A stretch of DNA of 64,000 nt from Magallana gigas. Its lineage: Eukaryota. The notes under the pieces were generated by a model that worked only from the letters and a program-made list of their open reading frames with translations, did no database searches and was not told where the DNA came from. The stretch is taken from the NCBI RefSeq assembly GCF_963853765.1, contig NC_088854.1, forward strand, positions 59,024,001 to 59,088,000. The letters run 5' to 3'. The position numbers and the translations under genes were made by a program. This document shows, in pieces, positions 46,915 to 59,200 of this stretch (its first letter is position 1; each line of letters begins with the position of its first letter).

Positions 46915-48568
46915 ATGTCTCACCTTACAGGTAAGTATTATTTGCTCGCGTCAGGAGTAGTATACACAAAGTATATATGTATGGTACTCTTTATTCTTAT
47001 ATAACACAGATCTTTATCACGTCTTTGGCACCGTGATTATCTGTACATGTGCCCCGGGGATTTATCTACAGAGTTGTCTTATCTTTCCAGTTCTTACTCT
47101 CCTCTTTCTGTCTGTTGTGGGAGTGTGTTCATGGGTCAATGAATACGACAAACCTTTCAGCTTTACCTGTCCGCAGCACCAGTCCATCAGTCGAATAGTC
47201 AGTCACCATGACAACCACAGAGAGGACAGGGTGTTTGATTTTACGTGCTCCAAGTACACGGAGTTCGCCGAGAACTGTACTTGGTCAGGTACGGCGTGAC
47301 CTTGGGGACTCCAAGGGCACCACCCAGTCATGCAAACTCAGTAAATTCATAAAGCCTGTATGGTCCATTTTATGTTTTTTATTCATTTTTCCTCTTATCT
47401 GACTATTGCTTTTACACCAAAAACTAGTACTTAGAGAGAACAGGTGAATGTCAGATGGACTAAATTGTATTTAACATAGTAAAGTAGAGCCAGTTGTCTA
47501 TTCACTTGGGCTAAAATATATTGTTGTGCAGTTGAGCAATGTGACCCATGGTCCTCTTGATTCGGAATCCAATGTCACCAGTGTTAGATTGTGCATACTA
47601 TCATAGTAGCTTCGCGGATTATAAAGCGTAAACTGTCCCAACCCAGGTTACACTCATATAACTTGAGTAGACATTCATTAAAAGTTTAGATATTTTACAC
47701 TATAAATTCTGTTTTCAAATCAGAAAAATCACAATGACTACAAATAACTTTTAGATTACGTGAACGAGTTCGATCAGCCGGTGGCTTTCCAGTGTCCACA
47801 CGGGAAGGCCTTGGATGGGATAAGCAGTTACCATGACAACGATAAAGAGGACAGACGTTTCAGGTTCTATTGCTGTGAAACAACAGGTATGTCGCTGTAA
47901 AATGTTTCTTTGACATAGATACATGCATAAGTCATAACAGTTAAACTATGGTCTTTATTCGACATCCCACCGCTGTCTTTTTCACAGGAATGTGTCTGTA
48001 CAACTGCTTCTACAGTGGCTGGGTCAATAGTTACGACGGAGATGTGGACTACACAGTACCGGCTGGTCACATGATGAGGGGCATGATCAGTATCCATGAC
48101 AACGGAGCCGAGTATATATTTTTCTTGACGACTCCTCCAAATTCAACTCCTCTTTTTTAATCACTTGCCTTTTATTGAAAGTTTTCTGAATATGAAGTTT
48201 TTAGCTATTGATTAAAATGGTAAAACAGACTTTTGTTGTTCAGCAATGAAAAACTAGAGCCGACGCCAGTTTTTAATCAACCGTTACTAATTTTGAAACT
48301 AATTTTGATGATGGTTTTTCAGAGACCGAATCTTTGACTTTGAATCATGTCTGATGCAAGAATGCCTCGACGTGTGAGTAATTCCTCTGTGCATGATGTC
48401 CTGTTCATAGAAATGTTTGGTAGTCGTCATTAATTATAAAAAGATAATGAAACTAATTATGGTCTTTAGTATATAAAATTAAGTTTTGTTGTCTACTGAG
48501 CACTGTTGCCAATAATTCTATTATTGATATTTTATAGAGGAGGCCCTAATGGAGCAGTAATCGGTTAG
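46915..48568 (+). CDS. Dermatopontin/HAAF-like protein, copy D2 (183 aa), intact
   Basis: Exons 46915-46930, 47091-47288, 47755-47886, 47988-48111, 48323-48373, 48538-48568; all 10 mature Cys present; ends VGGPNGAVIG*. Confidence 0.93.
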
Positions 48569-50251
48569 AGCACCCCGGGGTCACCAATCAGAGGAGAACT
48601 CTATCACCCATGATCGTTGTGTGTTCACTGTGAATAAAACAGGAATCTACCCACCTTACAACGTCTGTAGTTCTGTATCAGTATAATGTTATATGAAATC
48701 AGTCAAAGACGTGATCTCCATATCATCACAATATGCAAATCAAATCTGACATGAATTTTCATTTCCCTTTTATCTCGGATTACCGCCGTATTAGTTGTCG
48801 ATTTCTATTGTAACAGGCCGAGAACACTATTTAGGTTTCACTGTACCCAGGCATATCATTCATCCGAACACGTTACATTGAACGGAAAGATTGTAGAAAC
48901 GCGTTTTAAAAATAGATGACAACCACAAGTACTGCAGTGGTAAGGAATATTGATAAAGACGAAACAAAACAAACTGAAATCCGGGCACACACACCGGTAT
49001 TTCGAGAATCCTCGATTACTGTATCTAACGTTTCCCTGTGTTGTACTGTTTTACCATCGCACATGCGCAAACCATACGCTGTGCACAGATGTGCAGTGAC
49101 AGCATGCAGTTAAAAAAAGGATGTTTTCTCTGTAAAAACTGATAAAAATGTCAACACCTTGTTTCTTTCTTGGATTTACTATCGCATGTTAACTCTGTGG
49201 ATATAGTGCAATTGGGGGTCAACAAAATGATGTAGAATTATGCACTCTGTATGAACGACACACGTGTTCGATGTGCACGTGAAGAAAGGCAGCACTATTT
49301 GCAAAAGATAATGCGAATACTTTTGAAATTCTTTCAAATAATATACCATCTTTTATTTTTATCAATTGTAATTTCTTTTATTTCGCTTTTTCAACCATAT
49401 TAATACAAAGTATAGTTCAAGCCTTTAGAAGTCGGCACAACCTGAATGCTTCCATCGGAATTTAAAGCAACCGACCGCAACTTTCTCGACCACTATACTG
49501 GCGAGCAATCGAAACTAATATGGCGATCAAAAACATTTATGAACTCATGTCAGCTATTTTCAACGACACATTACTTAGCAATCTATATAAAAGTCAACCA
49601 ATAAACCTGTCAAGTCATTATTATAATATATATATTTTATTTCCTTAAAAATACAAAGTTTTAAAAAATACATAGAAAAAGGAAAAACAGTTACAAGCGT
49701 TTTATCTGCAATTATTCAATTTTTAAATAGCGAAACACAAATCATAAATTTTACCCTCAAAGCAGTAATTATTCAAGGTGAGTTTATTTCAAATGTTTTT
49801 GCCTGGATCATAGACTTGAATTCTGAGAGACAGTTAACAAAATAAACAATATTGGACGGTCCTGATATACGCATGTACATTGTAAATTGATAATAATGGA
49901 AAAGAAATTAAATTCATTTACTATTAGGACGGAATGTCATAGTAAAAATAATTTTCAAAAACATCACATTTTAACAATTGTATACATTATAATTATATGT
50001 AAAAAAAAATTGCACAAATTAAATAATAATAAATAGATATAAGTATCACAGTATGAAGAAAATGGTCAGATAAATAACAGGGCTCACAAATAAGGACAGA
50101 ACATGGATCTAAAGAAAAAACACGGCCATTATCTCAGCAGTTCTTGATTAAAGCTCCTTCATAGCATCAATATTTTGTTAGTTTTGTTTGAATAGAAAAG
50201 TTTAAATGCACAAGATTTTTCGATGAGGCCTGGTCACCAAAATCTGATTTG

Positions 50252-53200
50252 CTATCGCCTCTTTTTGACTTCCTTCTCTTTCCTGACTATGTCGGCCTCC
50301 GTTGTTGAAATTCTTTTGAGTAGGTCGGTTTTACGTGTGAGGATGGTTGCCAGCTGTTCCCTGGCTGAGGTCAGTCGGGGGTCACTGGATGAACTCTTCT
50401 CCATGCTCCTTATTCCTTCCTCCAAGTCCGACACCGCTTTTAGGGTCTACAAAACAACAAAGCCAGTCATACTCCATTGCTTCATAAACTTCTCTGTATA
50501 ATGATGCTCAGCCATTTTGATTTTCAGAATCTAACCTAACCTGACCTCATTTTTTGGTGGAAAATAGTCCAACCATTGCACATGCTCAAAAGTTTCAAAA
50601 TGCAAGATGACTAAGATTTAGCTAGTTCTACATAGTAAACTTGTTTGTTTGTTTACCTGTGCGAGATCAGCGTTGAGTTGGTCATTCCTGGCTTCCAGTT
50701 CCATGAGCTGTGTGTCGCTGACACTAGGGGGTGTCTTCATTGATGGAACAGCCATTGATCGCCGTGGGCTGCGCCGCGGTGTTACAGGCGGTGTGTTGCC
50801 ACCTTTTAGCTCCGACATTCTGCTGCTGACAAAGTCACTGGTTGCTAGGAAGCCTCCTTTGGAGGAAAGGAATTGTCGTAGTCTGGCGTTGCTGGCTAGA
50901 GATTCACACCCGTAAAGTCGCTGAGACATACTCTGGAAATCAAGAAATTTCTTCATTTAGCTAATATCCTAAAACCAGTTTTTATTTATATATTATTGAG
51001 ATTATTTGATTTCTTTATTCAAAAAAAATTTGCATTCATAGAAAGCACCTTAATGAATATAAAAATATTAGGTTTTAAAGACATCAGGTTTCACCGAGAG
51101 ATTCATGATATATTCCACGCTGCAAAATTACATTCCCCTGTACTTGTGTGGCTATGAAGCAAAAGGGAAACTCAATATTTATGTGTTTGCCCATTGAATA
51201 ATTCTATTTTTCTCTTTTTTTTGATTGGATTAATTTTCTTTTGAACAGTGTCAAAAGTTTATCTTTTCATAATTACATGATCTATCAAATACATGGAAAT
51301 CTTGTAAAAATTTGATATTTGGTAAATCATGAGTTTGTGTGTCACGATATCTCTTTAACTAATACAGCAAATCTAGTACATGACTGTATTATTCATCAAG
51401 ATTTTATTATTTATTGCAAAATTTTGTTTATTAAGTGTTAAATTAAAGAAACAGAGCTAGAACTTTTAGAAGTTATCATATTTTTTTCCCTTCCCCTTTT
51501 TCGTAAGCCTAAAATATTTTCTGAGAGGAGATGAAAGTACTCTAACATCATATGTTTTTACCTGTTCAGAGAAGTCGATCCTGGTCGGTCCGTCCACCTT
51601 CATGTCCACGATGTCTCCAACCACCGACATCTTCTCCTCCTGCTTTTTGATGGTACCAAGGGTCTGCTCCAGAGCCAGTCGAGTCTGGGGGGTGGGGTTG
51701 TTGTGTGCCCGGGAGAAGAACATGTCTTGACAAACAACCCGCAGTGCCTAAAATAAAGACAGTTATAGGTCTCTTATTCTGATTTTCGGCATGTAGCTGA
51801 GTTTGGAACAGTAAATTAAAGTTAATTTACAACCAATTATGGATCAAAAGGAAAAAATCAGAGAAACTTAATAGTAAAACATTTCAGATGTTACCCTTGA
51901 TCCTGCTCTATCATATGATTAGTTCTTTTACTTGCTATGCATTACAGACACTCTACAATCTAATAATTATATAAATTGGTCCAATTTAATGATCTCACCT
52001 TGTAGAACTCTCGCAGGAAGACAGTGTCACTATCGTCTGTTAAGTCTCCTGTTTTGATATGAGCCAACGAATGCAAAATCACCACAACAAATTCACCAAT
52101 TGAGTCCATTCTCTCTCTCCGCACAAACAGAATCTTCTTGGCATGCTCGTAAAACACCGAGTTCCTGAACGCATTGTGTTCGTAGTTGTTTGGAGGTAAG
52201 TTCGAGGCAAGGAGTAAGCTGACTTCAGGTGTACCGATTGTTTCATGTAATAGTCTTGTCACAAAAACACCGAAACGATAAATGACGAATTGAGCGGGTG
52301 ATATTTGATTGATGTCCGCCGGTTTTAGGTCACCCTTACAGACCCACTGAGCATCCTTCACATCCATGTAGGATCGACTATAGTCCCCACCTGGTAAAAG
52401 AGGAAAAAGATGTTAAATCCTGATAATATTTTGAATATAAATTTTATTAAAAAAAATATTTATAAGTATGCAGTGTTTTAAGTTTACATTTATTATCTTT
52501 AAGGAAAAGTAATCCTCAGTGATTTATATCTTTATTTCAAATATAAGGCAAACTGAAAGTTAAGGAAAATTTAACAACTTTTGATTCATCAAACATTTTC
52601 TAGTTTCCATTTCTAAATAAGTGTTTGGGTCGAAAACCGTCAACAGATCAAGTAAAGGATAATAAATAAAGCTTGTCATACAGGTATCCTCTGTCCCCCG
52701 CCCAAATTTCCTTTGACGTGTTACATTCCGACCTACCTAGCACCTTGTCTCCTCCAGCAATGCCACCTTCCGTCTTATCCAACATGTCCGCCAAGTCATT
52801 GATCTGTTTGAAAAGTGGTGACGCCATGAGCATGTTAACCCAGTCCTGTTCGCGGTTCCCAGTGGGGGTGAACTGACCCAGGCCTGATGAGGATTTGTCG
52901 CCCAGTCCTGACATGATACCGCCCGCCATGGACGACCGTGCTCCCGCCTGCAGGAACTCATCATCGTCATCCGCGTGAGAGGTTAGCCTCTCCATCTCCT
53001 CGCAGTCCTTCTCCAGAATGATCTCCTTGTCCACCTTGGCTTTCGCGGTGTCCATGCGGCGTTTCTTGCGAGCCTCCAGTTTGGCCAGTAGTGCCTGCTT
53101 GCTGCGGCTCTGCTCCTGATCCATGGAGTCTCGTATCCTTTCCATGTTCTCCTTGTGTTCCCGTAGGAGTCTTTCTTTCTCCTCCTGGCTGTTTCCGGAC

Positions 53201-56200
53201 TTTTGGATTTCCTCTTTCTCGCGGCGTTCTCTCTCCTCCATCTGCTGTTGTCGGAGCCTCTGCCGTTCCTCTTCCCGGTCCTTCTGTTTTTGCTCCTCAA
53301 GTCTTGCCTCAGCCTCCAACTCTTCCTCCAGTTGTCTATAGAAGATAAAAAAAATTATTAATTCAAGAAACAATTTACTAGTATCAATACATGTAATTCT
53401 ACAGAACCTGAATTGCTAACCTATTAATGTATCAATAGTTCATAAACATTGATTGTAATTTTTAATTAGCTCCAAATGAACATCGTTGATGGCTGGTCAC
53501 ACGATGACTTACTTGTACTTCTCCAACATCTTCCTTTTCCTCTCCTCCTCTGCCAGTCGCTGCTCCTCTTTCCTCCTCGCCAGCTCCTCCTGTAACTTCC
53601 TGTACATGTCCTCCTTGTATTTCCTCGCCTCCTCGGACGCCAGCTTGGCCTGTTCAGCATACTGCTTATTAAGCTCCTCAGCAGGAGAGAACGTCTTCAT
53701 GGCGTCTGCCAGTTCCTGCAGCTGTTTCTCCTTGAGGTTCAGTCGTTGGTGTGTCTGCTGAATCTCCTGTTGTGGACTCACTTCCTGTTCTGCTCTCTCC
53801 AACAGTTGTGTAGTGTGGTCATCAAAGCCACTCAGTTCTTGCTGTTAATGAAAAGGAGTCACAAGTCAGTTGAGAAATAGAGAGGGTAGGTGACAAATAG
53901 GACATAAAGAGTGTTATAGAAAAGAAAACTGTTCCTTTACCTGCTGCCTCTGCTTGAGTTGCTCCTTTCGTCTGGCCAGCTCTGCTGGATCCATGTTTCC
54001 AGAATCAGCTATCAAGTCTCGCATCTCCTGCAATTGTCAAGAAAAATGCAATCATTTGTGGGAAAAAATTAGAATAAAAACATATATCGATCTCGGTGCT
54101 TTGTGTCATAGAATTACCTGCTCAAAAGCAGCCAAAAGTTTTTCTCTCTCCTTCTGCCTGTTCTCCTCAATCTCTGCTCGGGCTCTTCTACGAGCAGCCT
54201 CAAGCTCCCGAGCGAGCTGGTCCTCGAGATGGATGGCCTCTTTGAGATGTCGCTGTCTGAGGACTGTGTATATCATGTTCTCTGCCTTCTTCTTGTCCTT
54301 GTTCTAAGAAGGAGAAAGCAGTTAAATTAACATTGTAATTTATGAATACATATCTTCAAAAAGATCACAGGAATATTGAGTTTTAAGTTCATCATAAATA
54401 AGACATTTTATTTTAATAAAAAATGCTACATGTCAAATAGTAAAGATGGATGTTTGATATGGAAATCTTTAAAAATAAAAACTTATAAGTTTGCGAGGAA
54501 TTTGATCGATTGTGTGGGGTTTTTTATATCACAAAAGTGCACATGAATAATAAAACAAGGCTGAAAGATGAATGAAAGACTTCAAAGTATTTGCTATTAA
54601 GTAAATGGCAGAGAGATGACCAACCTTGACATTTTTCTTGAGGGCGTCGTTTTCCACGTCCTTGGCGATCTTCTCGTTGAGCTGGTCTCGCTGTTGTTGC
54701 TGACTTGACAGTTTCTGGGCTGTCTCCATCCTGTGTTTGTCCTCGAGCTGCTCCATCCTTCTCTTTTTCTTCTCTTCAATCTGCCAAAAAACCAAAACAT
54801 GTTATTTCTGATTGCACTTATATCAGATCAATATGTATTACAACCCATTACATTTTAATATTGCTTTTTGTAATTAAGATTAGAGTCAAAATAGTTGGGA
54901 AAATTTCATTATAAGATCTAGTCTTTTTTTATAGTACAGTACCATGTAATAACTGGAAGTATTATTTTAAGACATCATTTTCTCTGATATTGCAAGAACC
55001 TCTTTGACCCTGACCTTTTTTCTGAGAGCCTCTTTCTGGCGATCTTTTTCTGAGTTGAGGTTCCGCTCTAATGCCTCCATTTCGGCTTTGTGTGCACTCA
55101 GTAGTTTCTGGTACTCGGCGTCCCCGGGGGTCAGGTTCTGGTGATGTAGCAGCATGTCACGCTCAAACTTGGACTGGTGCGCTTGTAATGCCTACGAAGA
55201 AATAAGTTGATTTTTCATGAAACTCTAAGAAATAGTCATGTTCCTCAGGTACATCCCACAATTTTTTTTTTACATGTTTTGTTAATTATTCGTGTGGTTT
55301 ATTTTTAAATAGCTAACTCTTCATAAACCAACTCCGAAGATCTAGAAAACTAGTTAAACACTTTGTATACTGGTGGGATATTCGACTAAGTAACTGTAGA
55401 CAAAATTATTAAAGTTTTTCTTGTTCAGCTATCTTTTTAACAAAATAATTCTTCCTCTCCCTAGTAAACTCCTCCATGTACCAGTTATTTCTGCTTCTGG
55501 TTACCCAGTAATAAGGAAAATAATTACCAGCATTAACTGTTTTTTTTTTAAATAAACATTTTTTCTCTGCTAGCTATCCTCGCCTGTCCACCTACCAGTT
55601 GTTTCTGCTGCTGGTTGTTGAGGACTATGTCCTGCTCCTCTTTGCTCCTCTCCTCCTGGGCCTCCAGATTGAGCCTCCTCAGGTCCTCGCTCTGCTGTCC
55701 CTCTAGCTTCTCTAGCTCTGTCGTCTGCTGGTCCACCAGTTTCTGTTGCTCTGACAGTAGCTTGTCTCCGTTGATCTTCTCGTTGATGCCCATGATGACA
55801 TCTGCAGCTTCTGCGTCATTCTGTGCCGCCTACAAGTAAAAAGTCAGGGCTTGTTACATATTTCTTATGACAGTAGTAAAATCCTTTTTTTATAAGTTTG
55901 AAGATTGCTTCACCCATTAAAGCAGGGTTTCACATTTGATTAAAATATTGCAGACCTTTGACTTGTATACAGATTGCCATTTTTTCCAACTTTTAGTTAC
56001 TATCAGTACTAACATAAAATCATTTAACCATCTTTTGAATTTTCTAAGCCAGTTTTCAAATATAAATATGTGGTTTACCATTAATAGTTAGGTCAATTAA
56101 TGTCAAATTGCCCTTGCAGAATGTGGATAAATTGGATAAAAGTGAAATGAGTAAGATACTAATGCAAATTGTGAGAACACAAGCAGAGTAGAGGTACTGG

Positions 56201-59200
56201 CTTTTTTCATAGTGTAAACAGTGGTTAATATACATGTACTGATGAGTTATATGATAAGTGACTTTATGTACACTCGTCTGGTTGCTATACTGACATGTTT
56301 CTTGGTGATCCTGTCCAGCTCCTTGTTGACCGCCCTCTCTTTGTCCAGCTCCTCCTTCATCCGTTTCCTGGCTGCCAGTTTGGCCTTGATTTTGTCCGCC
56401 TGCTGGTTGCGGCCGTCGTCTAGCCGGTTGTTGAGTCTGGCGATCTGGTCCTGGTACTGCTGTAGGATCCGGTCTCTCTCGCTCTCCGTCTGGTTCTTTA
56501 ACATTTCCCTCAGGGCCTCCTCTCCTGCCTGCTTCTGCTGATCCTGTTTACAGACATTAACAAGTCTTAAGTAGCATTTTAACTAAATTGTGCAAGTTAT
56601 TTTTTAAAATACCAAAACACTTGCATTGTTAGTTTTCTGACCATTTCAATTTATCATTGAAGCAGTTTCTGATAGTTTTAAAAATGTATTTCTTCATATA
56701 GAAGCTGTGCAAGATAATTGGCAAATCCTTTATCTAAAATGCTCTCTCTTGAGTTTTATTCCGCTGGATGCCATAAACACATATCTGGTGAGTTGAATAT
56801 GCATTAAACACTGGGTAATGCCAGCCATAACAGCTCACTCACCCTCTCCATGATCTTGATGGTGCTCAGTATGGCCTCCTCTTCCATGTCCCGGTCAGCC
56901 TGACCCTGGGTCTCCCTCACCCTCAGCAGATTCCTTCTCTCCTCCTCCTCGAGACTCTGCAACTCCTCCTCAGTCAGTTCAGCCCCATGCTTTCTGTCCT
57001 TCCTCTTCTTCAGTTTCTCCTTCATGGCTTCGATCTGCTGCTGGAGCTCCTTTCGTCTGCTCTTGGCGTCATTAATCATAGCCTCTTTCTGACTCTTGCT
57101 GATATCCAAGGCTCGGATTTGTTGTTCAAACTCTTGATCGATTTCTGGACTTTTAACTTCATCACGGGCATCGCTGCTTTTCTTTCTGATGTCTGCCAAC
57201 ATATGCTCTTGCTGTTGTTGGAGCTTCAATATCTGATTCATCAACTCCTCATAAGAGGGCATTTCTATGTTTGGAACTGACTCCTCTGATATGCCATTTT
57301 CTTTGGCTTCAGATAAATGTTTCCTAGAAAAACAAAAGAGAAGGCGTTTAAGAAACAATTATTTTTAAGTAACTTATATTGCTTTAGGATAAAAAGAAAT
57401 TTTCCAAAAAAAATTTCATGTAGGAAATTCTAGATGAAATTTATGTTTAACTCACTTTGCCAGTTCCTTCTTCTTGTGACGCCTGGCATCAAGCAGTCTC
57501 TTTCTGAGTTTATCCAGCTGTTTCCTCTTCCTCTTCTCAAACGCTTCATTCAGTTTCTGCATGTTGCTGGCATACTCCATCATAATCATCTCTTTCTCCT
57601 GCTCCTGTTTTGACCTTGCTAGTTTCTTCTCCAGTTCATGCTGGGCATCAGCCATGGCTTTCCTCTTCTCTAACTCACAGTCATCTAGAGTCTTGTTCAT
57701 GTCTTCAATCTCATCCTTCTTAAGGTCATTCTCCAGTTTTGCCGCCTCATAAGCCTGTTTTTCAAACACAGCACGAGAAAGTTCTTGGGACGCTTCACCA
57801 CCTTGATCCTTGTTACCTTTGCCCTTTGGCCCATCAAAGATGGAGGTCTCATCTTTCCCACCTCCTGTCTTGGTAGTTGATTTGACTCCAGACTTGGCCA
57901 GTCTACTTCTTTCCTATTAAGGTTATAGAGTAAATTGTACTTATTCAATAAGATCATTTTCAGGAGTTTTTGAAAGAGATGGTAAACTACCAAGTAGTTC
58001 ACCTGAATCAATGACAATGATGTTAATGGTTTCTGCGTACCTTTTGATCCCGGCGTCTTCTGAGGCTGTCGGTGCTTCCTGTTCGCTTGATGTCCCCAGC
58101 CCCACCACTGCCTCCAATATTGATATTGGTCACATGTTGGCCGGCCCCACCCTCGGTGCCCTGACTAATCAGGTTCAGTAGTTCTGAGGACAGGGTGAAA
58201 GGACCCCCTGACTCTAACAGCGCTATCAGCTGCTTCAGTAGAGGTATCAGGTCCGACTCCTTGTCTCCTGAGGAGTCTACATCGCCGTAGACTCCGGACA
58301 GCTGACAGTCGTAATCACCGGCCAATAGGCTGGCTCGTGTCAGGACAGTCTTGGCCTCAGTAGCACACAGCTCAGATCTGAGAATTATGGTTTTGATGTG
58401 AAATAAATCAATAATACAAAGATAGCAAATTATCATTTCATATTTCATTCTCTTTATGAAAAACTTCATTACTAAGAGAAATACAAATAACTTTTAAAAT
58501 GAAATAAATAAACAATATCAACACTGCACTATAATCCTTTTAATATGTAAAAGTACAATTTTTTAACATAAATTACCAGTTTATTACTGACAATGGCTTA
58601 CAAAAATTATCAGGCAAATAGCTTACTATGGTAATATCTAGCCTAAGAGATACATGTGCCATTAGTCACCTTCTAAGTAAAAACATGTATAAAGTACCTC
58701 TCCCTGGCATACTCCAGTGAGGAATGAGCCTCGTCTAGGTTCTCCATCCTGGCCCTCAGTGTGTCCTTCAGCTCACTCTGTAGCCTGAGTTTGGCCTGTT
58801 TGTACCGCTGTAGTGTGGTGTTCTCAGCGTCAGGGTTCATGGCCCCCTCAAGGTCATGAGCTCTATCCTTGTACTGTTTCTCCTCCTGTTGCAGCTTGTT
58901 AAAGAATCGACGTAGGGCATCTGCCAACTTGACGTGGGAAGCCACGTGCCCTTCCTCTCCCTCATGCTCTTTGGCGTCACTCTGGGTCAGGACCGCGATG
59001 ACCTCTGGCGGTATCACCGTAGCATATTCCTGTTCTGCACCACCTCGTCTCTGAACCTCGCGCTTCTCAGCTTCCGAAAGCTGGTGAACATCTGCATCAA
59101 TCTCCTCCAAGAATCTCTGTACATCTCGAGAAGTCACAGAGTCCAAGTCGAAAAGAAGCTGCTGAGTAAACTGGTGCTCCTTCAGAGTTAGTTCCCGCTC

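Larger units (their letters stand above)
41069..50054 (+). repeat. Segmental tandem duplication, copy 2 (B2-C2-D2), about 9 kb compact form
   Basis: Colinear with 17703-41068 once insertions are removed; junction at 41068/41069. Confidence 0.92.

Noticed and set aside
57991-58002. 12-nt in-frame micro-exon (VNYL) in the giant gene
   Set aside because: It would require a 38-nt upstream intron, shorter than any other intron here; direct 58041>57913 splicing is already in phase.
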